The translations under genes were made by a program, and so were the position numbers. A stretch of 64,000 bases of DNA from Prorocentrum cordatum. Taxonomy: Eukaryota. Below the pieces are notes generated by a model. It was not told the origin of the DNA. It worked only from the letters and a program-made list of their open reading frames with translations, and ran no database searches. Of this stretch, positions 1-12,700 are shown in pieces; position 1 is the first letter of the stretch, and the number at the start of each line of letters is the position of its first letter. The stretch lies in the NCBI GenBank assembly GCA_963575745.1, contig CAUYUJ010000314.1, forward strand, positions 124,001-188,000, read 5' to 3'.

Positions 1-1680
1 GGGGCGGGCGTGGAGCTGCACGAGCATGTGCGAGAGGAGATGCGGGCATGGTGCAGCGATGGGGCGGATCAATACGCACCCCTGGCTGCAACGGGCACGT
101 TCTCGCGGCTGGCGTTTCACGCATGGGGCGAAGAGCATTCGGCCCAGAAGCTGCTCGGCAATTCAATGACAAAGGAGGGCAGCGATATCGCGATATCTGA
201 CATGCAGCGGGTAACGGGCAAGCAGCCTCCAAGTCTGGCCAGGTGTCTGACTGCGCCCAGCGCGTTCCGCGCCGCAGCGGGGGCGCGCCAGCTGGAAGGC
301 GAGATCGCGTTCGCCCAAAACTATGGTTGGGCCCCCCCAGCGTTTCAACAGTCGGGCGGGGCCCCTGGCGCGGGAAAGCCGACGTTGGAGCGTCGCACTC
401 AATGCGCTCGGAGAGGAATCCAAGGAGAGCGAGGATCGGCGCATTCGCGCCCGATCTTTCCTGGAAGGGCTCGGAGGCGAGAACAGCTCGCGTCTGCGGC
501 TCGGCGGCTTGCCGGCGGACTTGGCGGCGGAGCATTACTCGCGGGCCGCAGCTGGGGGCGCTGACGACCCCGCCGCCGCCGCCGCCCATGCCAGGGCCGC
601 CTCGTTCCTCGCCAGGCTGAACGCGTTGTTCATCGATGGGGCGACGTTGGGCGCCCCCTGCAGTTCCATTGTCATCGCCCTCGAGCTTTTGCGGCAGATG
701 CCCAGGTGCCCATGCCGCAACAGCGCGCACATTGTAAGCGTCGGCGATTTGATCGCGGCGCCCCGGGCCAGGGAAACCGCCCGCGCGGCCGAGCGACGGG
801 CGCAGGTGATCGCGGCGAACGCGAAGGAGAACATGAAGCTGCATCGGCCAGATCATTATTGGTCGCATGCTTGTGCGGCGCCCCGTTTGCCTTCTTCTTT
901 GTCTGCAACAGACGCGGGCGCAACTGAGTCTGCGCCAGAGGCCAAGGCATGTTTGATGCGCATCTGCACGGGGGCAGGCCTTCCTAAGCGGCAGGCCATC
1001 GCCCAGCTGCGGCGCATTTTGAAGCGCGCCGAGATGCATCGTCGAGATGGGGGCACCGCGCGGCAGGCTTGGGCCGCGGTGCAGCGGAGTGGCCTGAGAG
1101 TGCCAGCGGCCGGCGGCCGGTGGAGCTCTTCTTCGTGTGGAAGACGTCCACGGGCAACGTGGGGCGGCGATTGCGCCGTTTCTCCGAGCGCCATTGCCCC
1201 GACAGGGTTCGAATGCTCGACGTGCCCGCGGAGGACTGCGCTCTCGCGGGCGCGGCGTCCCCCGGCAGTTCCCGCGCGCGTGGCTGGAGCAGCGCGAGCG
1301 GGGCGAGCCTGGCAGGCGCCGGCGCAGGCGCGTGCTCCAGCAACACGAGCGCTCAATTTGAAAGACCGCAGCAGCGAGGAGGGCCGAGAGGCCGACAAGG
1401 GAATTACGAGGGAGCCTCGGCCAAGACGTCGGTCAGAGGTAGGCTTCGGTCGCAAGCGAGCAGCTGCCATCGACGCTATGGCGGCCGCTTCCCCGAGCCA
1501 GCGCACTCGCCGTCTCGCGGAGGCCGCCCCCGCTCTCGCTGCGGCGGCGCAGGAGGCGGCCCAGGCGAGCGTCGCAGATCCAGCCCGCCCGTCTGCAACA
1601 GTCGTCGGCTCTGTCGCCAAGCGGGCGGCCAGGGCGCAATCATGGAGGAGCGAAGGCCGCCGCCAAGGCCAGGGGTGCGC
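1..1680 (+). pseudogene. Degenerate hAT-like DDE transposase (central and C-terminal part, frameshifted)
   Basis: Motifs in hAT order across three frames. ORF 10-564: WCSDGAD (second catalytic D) and FHAWGEEHSAQ (decayed C/DxxH). After a shift at the C-run ~332-338, ORF 323-: PQRFNS (RW/F-x-S) and FLARLNALFIDG. ORF 1069-: WKTSTGNVGRRLRRF (STxxVERxF with E>G). A basic/Ala-rich tail follows. The 5' part lies outside the window. Confidence 0.65.
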
Positions 1681-1769
1681 GGGAGAGGAAAGTCTCGCGC
1701 AGTGCCACGCCAGGCCCTGCGGGCCGTGGCGCTTACCTGGCCCCCGCGCGCCACTTTTCTGGCATCATG

Positions 1770-2080
1770 CTATATATAAATATACATATATATATACCTG
1801 TATACAGTATACACTCCTATATAGGTGCATGCATATATGCATAACTATAGGTATGTATGTGTATGTATGTGTGAATGCATGCATGTATGCATGTGTGTAC
1901 GTATGCTTGTATGTACGTGCGCATGTGTGTTTGTATGTTTGTTTGCATGTATGTGTGTATGTATGTATGTATGTACGTATGAATGCATGTATGTATGGAT
2001 GTGTGTGCGACTATACATGCATCCAGACATTTGTGTATACACACATATACATATACATATATATATATATATATATACAC
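1770..2080. repeat. (TA)n/(TATG)n microsatellite
   Basis: Visible TATA/TATG/TGTA runs. Confidence 0.95.
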
Positions 2081-2377
2081 GTGGCGCGTGCGTGCCCAGG
2101 TTCATACAACAAACTGAAAGGGCGTTTGAAGCCGGAAAACACCATGACTGCAGGATCGGAGATGGAGGGAAGCTGGGGCGGCGCTGGGGCGGCGCCGCCA
2201 GGGCGTGCCTAAGAAAAGGGGAAGTGGCAGGAGGTGAACGCAACAGAATCTAATATCGTGGTCGCAATCGAGCGCAAGCGGGGTTTGCCGCACCTTGCGA
2301 TGCGTGCACCAGGGCCCCCCGGGAAACGTCAGGAGGCCCGACCTGGATACCGGGAAAGGCTCCAGGAGGCCCAGGGA

Positions 2378-3148
2378 GTGTGAGTGTTGTGTGTGTGTGA
2401 TGTGTGCTCTGTGTTGTGCGTGTTTCCTGTGCGTTGTAGGTGTTGTGTGTGTGTGTGTGTGTGTGTGCGTGTGCGTGTGCGTGTGTGTGTGTGTGCGTGT
2501 GTGTGTGTGTGTGCGCGTGTGTGTGTGTGTGTGTGCGTGTGCGTGTGTGTGTGTGTGCGTGTGCGTGTGTGCGTGTGCGTGTGCGTGTGCGTGTGCGTGT
2601 GCGTGTGCGTGTGCGTGTGCGTGTGCGTGTGCGTGTGCGTGTGCGTGTGCGGTGTGCGTGTGCGTGTGCGTGTGCGTGTGCGTGTGCGTGTGCGTGTGCG
2701 TGTGCGTGTGCGTGTGCGTGTGCGTGTGCGTGTGCGTGTGCGTGTGAGTGTGCGTGTGCGTGTGAGTGTGCGTGTGCGTGTGCGTGTGCGTGTGCGTGTG
2801 CGTGTGCGTGTGCGTGTGCGTGTGCGTGTGCGTGTGCGTGTGCGTGTGCGTGTGCGTGTGCGTGTGCGTGTGCGTGTGCGTGTGCGTGTGCGTGTGCGCG
2901 TGCTATTCGAGTGCGTGTGCGTGTGCTGCTGCTGTTGCTGCTGCGCGTGCGTGTGCGTGTGCTGCTGCTGCGTGTGCGTGTGCGTGTGCGTGTGCGTGCG
3001 CGTGCGCGTGCGCGTGCGCTTGCGCGTGCGCGTGCTGTGCGTGCGTGCAGGCGTGCGTTGCGATGCGTGCGTGTGTGGTGTGTGGTGTGTGGTGTGTGGT
3101 GTGAGGTGTGTGGTGTGTGGTGTGTGGTGTGTGGTGTGTGGTGTGTGG

Positions 3149-3213
<65 letters not shown>

Positions 3214-3240
3214 GCGTGTGTGCGTGTGTGCGTGTGTGCG

Positions 3241-3286
<46 letters not shown>

Positions 3287-3300
3287 GTTTGTCTAGCGTG
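2378..3300. repeat. Compound (GT)n/(GTGTGC)n/(GTGTG)n/(GCGT)n microsatellite
   Basis: Long runs, directly visible. Confidence 0.97.
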
Positions 3301-3344
3301 TGATGTGTTGGGTGTGATTTGTGTCTTTGTGTGCGCATGTAGTT

Positions 3345-3889
3345 CCGAGGCCCCAGGAGGCCCCAGGCGGCCTCAGGAGGCCCCAGAAGACCCCAGGAGG
3401 CTCCAGAAGACCCCAGGAGGCTCCAGGAGGCCCCAAGAGGCTCCAGGAGGCCGCAGGAGGCCCCAGGAGGTTCCAGGAGACCCCCAGGAGGCTCCAATGC
3501 GGGGTCTGGGGTACCAGAAGGTACAGAAAGCCCCAGGAGGCCCCAGGAGGTTCCAGGAGGTTCCCAAGAGGCTCCGAGGCGGGGTCTGGGGTACCAGAAG
3601 GTACGTCGGGGCTCGATTTTGGGAGGATGTCTTAGGCGAAATCGCCATTCTTTGCGAATCGGGGTTAAAACCATTGAAATTACAATGTGCTTTTTGGAGG
3701 TTTTATGTTAGAATGTTGAAATTCCCCATGTGTTTTTGGACCCTGACGTCACGATCTGCGTTAGGGGTGACACCGATTTTCAGAATTTCGAGGATGTCCC
3801 TCGCAAAACGGCCAGACAAATCGCGGACGCGGCGCCCCGCGTACGCACTAATCGGCTCTGAGCTCTACTCCCTCGGAGAGGTGCGTGTG

Positions 3890-3927
<38 letters not shown>

Positions 3928-5880
3928 GACCCGCGGTCCCCAAACATGTGTCCCCATCTGGGGGACTGGGAAGTTCCGGGGGTTTTGCCGAGGCGCCGGG
4001 GGCCCCCTTAGATCGCCCGAAGACGGCCCCAGGATCGCCAAACATGGCGCTTCCAGATTGCGGGAACGACCAATGACGGCCAAGACGGCAAAGGCGGCCA
4101 GAATTAGCCCCTGACTATCCAAGAGGCCTCCAAGACGCCCCCAGAAACCTCCTAGATAAGATGCCTCCAAAGGAGTCCCGCGAGGCACAACTTGTTAATG
4201 ATTTTCCAAAGGTTTTGGAAGGAGTTCCAAATTCTCGCCTTTTCAGTGTTCTGACGCTCCACGACGACCCAAGATGTCATATTGTCCGCTCCAAGACAGC
4301 CACAGGGGCTTCGAATACGGCCCCAAGACGGCCCAAGGGGGCCCCAAGACGGCGCCAGAGGCGCACAGGACGGCCCGATAGGGCCCTATGGAGCTCCTCC
4401 GAAGGTCCCAGTGGCGCAGCCCGCATGCGTCCGCCACACCCGGTACAGCGCTTCGTGGCCCCATGGGGAGCTCCACCGAAGGCCCCAGTGGCGCACCCCG
4501 CAGGCGTCTCCCACACCAAGTACACCGATCGTGGCCACATAGGGAGCTCCACCGAAGGTTCCACTAGCGCACCCCGCATGAGTCCCTCCCACCCAATACA
4601 GCTTTTCGTGGCCCCATAGGGAGCTCCACCGAAGGTCTCAATTGCGCAGCCCGCATGCGTCTCACCCACCGAGTACTTCGCTTTGTGGCCTTATAGGGAG
4701 CTCCGACGAAGGTCCAGTGGCGCAGCCCGCATGCGTCTCCCCCACCAGTGCAGCGCTTCGTGGCCCCATAGGGGGCTCCACCGAAGGTTCCAGTGGCGCA
4801 TGCGTCTCCCCCACCCAGTACATTGTTTCGTGGCCCTACAAGGAGAGAGCTCCAGGACGGCCCACGAAGTGCCCAAGACGGCCGCAAATGTGGGCCCGGG
4901 GCCCGCGGGCAGCCCCGCCAAGGAGGCTTCAGAAGCCCCCAAGACACCCCAAGCGACCCCCAATTGGGCCCCAAAGAGAGCCCCAAGGGGCCAAAATAGC
5001 CCCATTCCCTTTGTAAAACGTATATGTCTTTGTAAAACGTATATGTTTAACATATTGCTTGTTTTCGCTGTCGGTCCGGCCCAGGACGCGCCCCAGAGGG
5101 ACCCAATACAGCCCCAGAGAGCTCCAGGACGGCCCACGAAAGGCCCAAGACGGCCGCAAATGTGGGCCCCGGGGCCCTCGGAGAGCCCCGGGGCCTCACA
5201 GAAGACCGCCAGAAGGCGCCAAGGAGGCCCCCAGAGGATATATGTGGATGCATGAATACCAGGTCCCCAGCCCGGGGGCCCCGCCCACCTCAAAACCCTT
5301 GGGCCCTCCTTTTTCAATACCCCCGCCCTGGCGCCTCCAAGGGGCCTCCAGACGGCCCAGGAGGCCTCCAGAAGGCCTCCAAGACGGCCTCAGGAAGCAC
5401 CCAAGATGTCCATGAGGGCTCCGAGACGCCACAAGATCGGTCCAATACAGTCAAGATAGTCCCTACACGGCCCAAGAGGCTTCCAAGACACCCCAAAAGG
5501 CCTCCAAGAGGCTTTTTCAAGAGGGCCACAAGAGGCTAACAATTGTTGTTTTTCAAGGGTTTGGTGGGAGGATGTTTTGTGGTTCTCACCTTTGCGGCTT
5601 CCTGGCGCTCCAAGATAGCCAAAGAGATTCCCGAGATCGCCCAAAGACGGCCCAAGAGGCTCCCAAGACGGCCCCAAGACAGCCCAAGAGGGACCCAAGC
5701 AGCCCAAGAGGCCTCCAAGACGGTCCAAGATAGCCCCAAGACGGCTCTAAGAAGGGACCCAGACAGGGAATCCGAACGGACTGTTCGAGCCTTCGGCCCC
5801 AGAAAGCTCCCAGGAGACTCCAAGAAGCGCCCCGGAGGCCCCCAAGACGCCGCCAGAAGCCCCCGAAGGGCTCCCAAGAT
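3345..5880 (+). repeat. Interspersed repeat family built of 10-11 bp units (CCAGGAGGCC / CCAAGACGGCC / CCAAGAGGCCT)
   Basis: Periodic units at ~3345-3600, 4020-4160 and 4850-5880. The reverse complement recurs at ~19060-19170, 30830-31010, 31800-31980, 44860-45310, 51550-51860 and 60000-61140. Confidence 0.85.
4375..4840 (+). repeat. ~76-bp tandem repeat (TTCGTGGCCCCATAGGGAGCTCCACCGAAGG...CGCATGCGTC), ~6-7 units
   Basis: Unit starts near 4380, 4452, 4529, 4606, 4684, 4757, 4827. Confidence 0.9.
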
Positions 5881-6336
5881 GCATGTCACGGGTGCGCGAC
5901 AAACAGATGCCATGGGCCATGCTGGTGGTCTCTCCCCCTGTGCTGGTCTCGCGGGAGACGCTGCAGGATCCCATGTTCCCTTGGTTCATCGTCAGGCTTC
6001 GAGCCTCCATTAGGATACGCTTCTTCGCCGTCTTCGGCCCCGGGTGGGCGCCGTGCCTTGTGGAGGCTATTTTCCACCATCGCGGGCCCCGGCGATGAGG
6101 AGGAGGAGGAGGAGGAGGAGGAGGAGGAAGAGGAGGAAGAGGAGGACGACGACGACGAGGAGAAGATGGAGTGGTTTTCGGAAGCCTGTTGAGGGTTCGG
6201 AAGTCATCGTGGCTTACCACCAGCTCCCAGAGATCGGTCTTGCCTTGCTCTACCCCGATGCCATTGCATTCCCCGTGGGATCTGCTTCTCCCCTGACCGT
6301 GGTAGTACAAATATTAGGTGGGAAATTCACAGGTTC

Positions 6337-7365
6337 ATGACGCGTCCTTCAGGATGCACACGATCCCGCCTTCTGACTCGCTTCCTAGTTCCAGTGCAGC
6401 GCTCTCATGAATTGGTCACAAAGCGGGAGAAGCTTCTCGCTAAACAGTTGGAGGAGTTGCAGCAGCGCATGCAGAAGCTGGTTGGAAGTCACAATGGTAC
6501 GGAGTTGGAGTCCAAGGAGCCCGCCATTCCTCCCTGGGCTAAAGGCACTGGAGTGGCGGTCAAGCGTGAGCGTCTCGCCAAGCTTGGTAGCCTCCTCAAG
6601 CTCCTGTCGGGGCCTGAAGATGCCGAGCAGCGTGCGGTGTATGAGGCCGAGAAGCAGCGATTGCAGGCCGAGCTCCAGGCTGACAAACCAATCGAGGCCA
6701 ATCTGCAGGGGCTCACCAGCCAGCTCAAGACCGCTCGCACGAAGCTATCCAGTATTGCTGTCAAAAAAGAGGCTGCTCGAGCGACGCTGGAGAAGGCCAA
6801 GCTGGCCCTGGCGCAGGTCGAGCAGGACGAGCATGATGCTAACAAACATATCCTGGAGCTCGAGGAGAGGTTGCGCCACGTGGTCGGTCCCGCGGTGCAG
6901 TTCGATGACAAGTCACCATCCCTCTCCACATTCTTACCAGGCATGGAGGCCACGGTGGAGCAGTTTGACGCCGTGGTCCGCGCGCTGGGCGGCTCGGAGC
7001 GTTTCAGTGCTGACCTCATCGCCATGCGCGCTCTGGTGCAGAAGCTCAAGGAAGCCCCAGAGGCGGCAGCCGCGCCCGAGCCGCCTCAGCACGAAACTCA
7101 GTCCACTCCTCCTGAGGCTCGAGAGTCCATGGATATCGACGACGCTGAAGATCAGGATCGTGCTAATGCTCACGTCGATAGCTTGGACGGTCGCACTTGC
7201 CGTGAACATCTCAAAGAATGTGGCATTGATGTCGACGTGGGCGGGGATGATGAGGAGATTGACGATACAAAGGAGCGTGAGTTACGGGACAAGCTCAAGC
7301 GTCATTTGGCCCAAGTTCGCATGCTCACCAAGAAGTTCAAGACCAGTGGTGCGACCGCTGCGTAA
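6337..7365 (+). CDS. LINE ORF1-like coiled-coil protein (342 aa; may be N-terminally incomplete)
   Basis: Heptad E/K/L/A-rich helices (EAEKQRLQAELQ, ARATLEKAKLALAQVEQ), GC3-biased codons, directly upstream of ORF2. Confidence 0.75.
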   Translation: MTRPSGCTRSRLLTRFLVPVQRSHELVTKREKLLAKQLEELQQRMQKLVGSHNGTELESKEPAIPPWAKGTGVAVKRERLAKLGSLLKLLSGPEDAEQRAVYEAEKQRLQAELQADKPIEANLQGLTSQLKTARTKLSSIAVKKEAARATLEKAKLALAQVEQDEHDANKHILELEERLRHVVGPAVQFDDKSPSLSTFLPGMEATVEQFDAVVRALGGSERFSADLIAMRALVQKLKEAPEAAAAPEPPQHETQSTPPEARESMDIDDAEDQDRANAHVDSLDGRTCREHLKECGIDVDVGGDDEEIDDTKERELRDKLKRHLAQVRMLTKKFKTSGATAA

Positions 7366-7420
7366 AGTGTTCGGGGGCCTTGTTGTGGTGATGTTCTGTC
7401 TTTGCTATCCGTTTGTTGCA

Positions 7421-10400
7421 ATGACGTCGCCTACTGCCCAAGAAGAGCTGACCACAGCTCACAGGCGTTCTCTTCTGGACGATCCTGACGTTGACCCCTT
7501 TCAATTTGATCAAGCTGTGGACAATCAGCCTGATCTGCCTGGGCCATGTGCTCAGGATGCCCTTACTGCGTCTTCTGCAAGGGCAGCTACTGCGACCACG
7601 GGTGCTACGCCATCGTCTCGGTCGCTACACTCACCTGCCCTCAGGGGGCAGGCAGAGAGCGCCACATGTGCACCGTGCGCTTTGACGTGGTCGGCCCCTT
7701 GCTCGACGAGAGTTGATGGCACTACTGGGCGACTCGATGGCATGCATCCTTTAGACCCTGGCAGCACGCACTGCTCACCACGTTCGCCCGATGGGCATCG
7801 CGTGGCAGAGGGTACCGACTGTCCAGGGGTTCGTCGACCTGATGTCAAGTTTGCTGGACAGGTGAAGGGCAAAAGCGACTCTCTGATCGTGACGCTTAAC
7901 TCGAGCTCGCTGGGTCCACTGTGCGACTACCTGGTGGACAGCACCGCTCACGTGGTGCTGGTGCAAGAGCATCATGTGCCTGATACCAAGCTGGGTGAAC
8001 GTCAGTCGCAAGTTGAAGACACTGGCTGGAGAGGGCTTTGGGGCCCTGCGGTGCCCAACCAGGATGGAGGGTCGGGCACTACTGGCGGAGTTGCAGTTTT
8101 GGTCAGGTCACACATTCCCATCAAGGCGCCTCCTGGCCGCGCTAGCCATGTACTTGTCCCTGGCAGGCTGGTGGCAGCGCACGTCATGTCATTTCTGCCT
8201 GGAGGAGTGGTCTTCCTGTCGGCTTATCTCAAGGACGGTGAAGGGTACGGACCGTGCAATGCCGAGCTGGTGTGGGAGATCATCGAGTACCTGTCAGTGC
8301 TCAACGGCATGCAGATTCCGTGGATCATCGGCGCCGATTTCAACATGCCGCTCACCGCCCTGGACCAGTCCGACTGGATTGCGGCGGCTGGAGGTCTGGC
8401 TTTTGTGTCTGAGGCGCCCACTTGCAGGCAGGTTTCACCAGGCACGCACATAGATTATTTCATTTGCAGCAGCTGGCTGGCGCCAAAGCTTGACCCCTGC
8501 ACGTGCGTATTGGAGGCGGCCACCACATACCCTCACCTCCCCGTCCAGCTGACTTTGAGGGCTCGGGAGACGCCCGTGTGGGCTCGGGTTGCCAAGGTCC
8601 CGAAAGCCTTCCCGTCGACCCCTCCCATTGGCTGTGCTAGACCTCCGATTTATCCGTGGCACGCTGTTCTAACGACCGCTGCCCCGCAGGTAGATTCCGT
8701 TGCCAAAGTTGCTGATTTTTGGGATTTGGTCCTCGAAGGGGTGGAAAGAGAGCTGGCCGCCAGGTGGGACCGTGTTGGCGTTGCCGCCGAGGCCTACGTG
8801 GGCCGCAGTGGGCCTCTTGAGGTCCAGCTCAAAAAGCTTGTCTGGACTCCCCCCAGAAGGAGGACTTATAAGGATCCACAGGCACGTGCCTGGGCTGTAG
8901 CTCTTGGGTGGGCCAAACACCTTGGCAAGGCCAGAGAACATCTCAGTGAGCAAATCAGGCTGTTGCAAGTTTACGAAGCCCCTTGTGCTGCTGCGCCTCG
9001 CCAATGTCGCAAGCTTGTTTCGGCTTTTGAGGAGTTCAGTCGTTTCATGGCCAACATCGCCCGCTGTAAAAAAGTGCTTGGTTGCCTTGATTCTGACGTG
9101 CGTGATTTCTTCAATGGCGGCTTCGCCGTTCTTGCACGTCCCGATGTTGCCAGTATGCTTACTAAGATCTACATTCGGGCGAAGTCTGCCATCGCCCGCG
9201 CGGAGAATGCAGCGTCCCAGGCCTGGAGGCAATGAGCCAGGGATGCTTTCTCTGCTGGCGCCTCGAAGGCTCACAGGTTCTCAAAGGTAAAGGCCATCCA
9301 AGAGGTTTTAAGCAACCAGGCGCGTGAGGCTCCCCACCAGCAGGCCGACGCGGAACTCGATCCCTGGAGGGAGATTTGGTTGTCCCATGGTTGTTCGGTT
9401 CTCGAGGTTCCGCGGGGGTCCATCAGCTGGCCCAGTCTGCCGCGTATCACGGCCGCTCAGGTGGAGGATGCCGTTCACACTTACCCCACTCGCACTGCTG
9501 GAGGCATGATGGGGATTCACCCAAGAGCTTTAATACACCTGCCTAGACAGGCTTTCTCGGCGATTGCAGAACTCTTTAACCTTTGCGAGTTGCACCTGGC
9601 TTGGCCCAGGGAGCGAGTTTGCAATGAGATGTGTCGTCTCGCCAAACCAGATGGTGGGACTCGACTGATCGCGCTCGTTTCTTTGCTGTGCCGTGTCTGG
9701 GGCAAAGTTCGCAAGCCCATCACCTTCGACTGGCAGGAGCGTAATGATTGCCACGCTGTTTGGGGGACTCGTCGGGGCTACAGCTCCTCAGACAGTGCTT
9801 TCGCTCATAACATTGCTGCCGAGACGGCGGCGTTGGTCGGTGATGTCTCCATTTCTGTCCTCTTAGATATGATCAAATGTTTCGAGATGGTGCATTCGGA
9901 GCAGCTGCTGAAAGAAGCTGAAGCTTTGCACTTTCCAATGCGGCTAGCTTGGATGCTGGTGGATCTGTACAGGCAGCCACGGCGTCTTCGAGCTTTCGGC
10001 AGTCTATCTGTGCAGTTCTGCTCGCATCAGGGCATCCTTGCAGGGTGCAATCATGCGACAGGCATGCTTTTCCTTCTCACGCTGCGCGCTGTGCGTAGGC
10101 TCAATGACATTTCGCCCTGTATCACACCGAGAGCCCTAGTCGACGATATATCGATTCAGCTCGTCACTTCGGATCCTCGGGACGTCCGTTTCCTGGAACG
10201 TGCGGTGAAAGTGTTCACTGAAGATGCCAAGGTCCTGGGGCTCCACTCCAATGTCAAGAAGTCGGGGCTCATTGCAGGGAACACAGTGGCTCGGAAGGTG
10301 TTCTCGAGGATGGCTGCTCGGCTGCGCCTACCCGTTCGTAAGTGGATGAGAAACCTCGGGCATGAATTGGCTGCTGGTCGGGTTGTTCGCACGCAGGAGA

Positions 10401-12700
10401 AGAAAAGGTTGCAGGCTCTCAAACGTCGTCGAGACAAGTTCGTTGCGTTGAAACATGCTACTGGCAAGCGTGCAACCCGACTGTGGAGGACTGGAGCTCT
10501 CCCAGCAGCTGGACACGGGGGATCCGTGTCGGGCATCTCAGACACTGCGCTGAAGTATTTGAGGCAGCTTGCGGCTACGATCGCAGGGGCCAAGCAGCAC
10601 GGTGGCATTACCTCGTATCTGCTGACGCAGGCCGATCCGCAATACGACCCGATCTACGACTCCACTACTGGTGTGTGTGTGAAGTTCGCCACGTTCGTCT
10701 GGGACGGAAGGTTACAGTTATCGAGAGTGCAACGTGCTTGGACCCGCCTGAGAGACATCATGTCCGACAACCCTACATGGCAGCAGGCTCGAGGTTCGCT
10801 GTCGGCGGTGTGGCTAAGCTTGTTTCGCATTGGCTGGACGATGACCAATGCCCACACCTTTCGCAGCGATCTTGGTACAGATATTTCGCTGCTGGTGGTG
10901 TGTCCAAGTGACGTGCGTATTGCGATTATTGAAGGTGTGCAGCGGTGGCAGATTCGTCGGTTGCAGCTGCATCTTTATAATACTGACCCTCCAGAAGGAG
11001 AGCCTTGGTTTCGTGCGCTACGTAATGGTATACGTGCTGTAAAAGACCAGAGGGCTCTTGGGGCCCTGGCGGCCGTCTGGGGGAATGTTATTCCGCTACC
11101 TGCTGCACTTTCTGCTCTACAATATGACGTACCACCTGCGTGCCTTGCCTGCTCCGCTCCTCAAGGTACGTACGGACACGTGTGGTATGCCTGTTCTAAG
11201 TTCATCACTGACGACGGGATTGACGCGCTGGGTGACGAGGTTCCTGAGGCCTTAGCTAAGCATAGGCGTGTTCTGATTGAGTCTCGGGCCTCTATCACTG
11301 GGGAGCCCGATGTGCACTCTAATTATTTAACTTATGGTATCCCACCTCTGCCCACTAATATTCCCGCTCCGCTTGCCAACCCTCCCATTTTCGAGTTTGG
11401 GGACGTCTCAGGGTCTTGGGGCCCTCTGTCTTTCACTGACGGTAGTTGCTTTCACTCTGGGGTCCCAGAGGTCTCCAGAGCTGGTTGGAGCGTTGTGCAG
11501 TTGTTCGATTGTCTGCTTCCATTGAGGGCAGTATATGGTGCGCTTCCAGGGGAGCGTCAGACCATAGGTCGTGCTGAAAGGTGGGCTGTGCGGCAGGGTC
11601 TTGCGTATCACCCCCAGCATCAGTGTATTGTGTCGGACCTCCAGGCTGTAGTGCGCGAAGGCAACTCGTGGAGCCTGCATCTGTCTCAAGGCATGGCCAA
11701 GCATGCGTCGATCTGGAGGTCCATTTTTGACTTGAAGTCTAGCCACCCCCAGTTCTCGTGGTTCCCTGCCCATCTGAGTTTTGACGACGTTTTGGAGCGT
11801 GGGCTGTGCATCAAAAGTTGGGCTGGGAACCTGTGGGCTGATTTTTTCGCCAAACTAGGGGCCAGCTCTCACACGCTTGCTGAAGGTTTCTGTGCTGCGG
11901 TTTCAGGATAGTTAAAATATCATAGGTCCACGGTGCGGTTTATCGCGTGGGCTGCTCAGCGTCTGCTCGAGTCAGGCACTTGGACTCATCTCGACCCCGA
12001 GCGTCCTCTCCGCCTCCTGAGAGCCCCCGCCCCTCCCAAGGTCACGGTCACCAGCCATGTTTTGTTTCGCTGCGAGGCCACCAGCACTTACAAGTGCAGG
12101 AGCTGTGGCCGCGTAGCTCGCACTCCAGAGTCGCTCAAGAGCCTGCTCACGAGCAGGGACTACAGTGTTTGCTCTCCGTCTTCGATCCAGCGACACGTGT
12201 GCGACCAGTGGTTTCGTGAGTTTGGGGCGGCTTTTAGGCCCGTGCAGCTTGAAGCGGTGAGGGTTGCTCTGGCCGCCGCTGACGAGGCTCAGCGCGTGTG
12301 CAATGATGAATTCCAAGGTCCCCCGACTCCTGTGGCTACTCCTGAGCCGTCAGATGAGTTCTCTGCGTTTCGGGACCTTGGGCACGACGTGTTCCGTCAT
12401 TTGCATGTGTACTGTTGTAAATTGTGCGGGGCTCACGGATCTCTTGGCTCGCTGCGAAACCTCACGCAGCGTTGTAAAGGGAGGTCCAAAGTTCCGAGCA
12501 CGGCCGCCAACCAGAGAATGTCGATCAGACGTCTGGAGCGCGGGTGTCACCCTAGAACGGGCGTGAAGATTCTTGGGGCTACCGAGTGCGGAGTTGACCG
12601 TGCGGAGGAGCCCCACAGTGCTGATAGTTCAAGGCCGCTGGAAGCGGCCAGTGCTCCCGAACCCGTTCCCGATGGAGTGAGTTCTGGGTCGTCTGATTAA
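7421..12700 (+). pseudogene. LINE ORF2 polyprotein (APE-RT-CCHC-RNase H-Cys/His tail) with in-frame stops at 9233-9235 (TGA) and 11909-11911 (TAG)
   Basis: ORFs 6407-9235, 9380-11911 and 11933-12700 share one frame. APE ~7880-8560: VTLN, VLVQEHH, IIGADFN, HIDYF, PHLPV. RT ~9450-10400: KPDGGTRLI, LDMIKCFE, QGILAGC, LVDDI. Knuckle CLAC-x8-H-x4-C at ~11141. RNase H ~11430-11865: FTDGS, RAE, IVSD, WFPAH, GNLWADFFAK. Tail: CRSCG and HxxxxxxxxxxCKLCG. Start codon uncertain (7391 or 7421). Confidence 0.92.

Noticed and set aside
2250..4114. Long HA/VR/CV-repeat ORFs
   Set aside because: Translations of microsatellites
6407..7390. Stop-free +1 frame overlapping LINE ORF1 as an N-terminal extension of ORF2
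   Set aside because: S/R/W-rich translation typical of a shadow frame; no slippery site seen, though the lack of stops is mildly unusual
9233..11911. Alternative genetic code (stop reassignment)
   Set aside because: Only two stops, of different types, in ~1760 codons; TGG and CAG are used normally; other genes end in TAA/TAG/TGA
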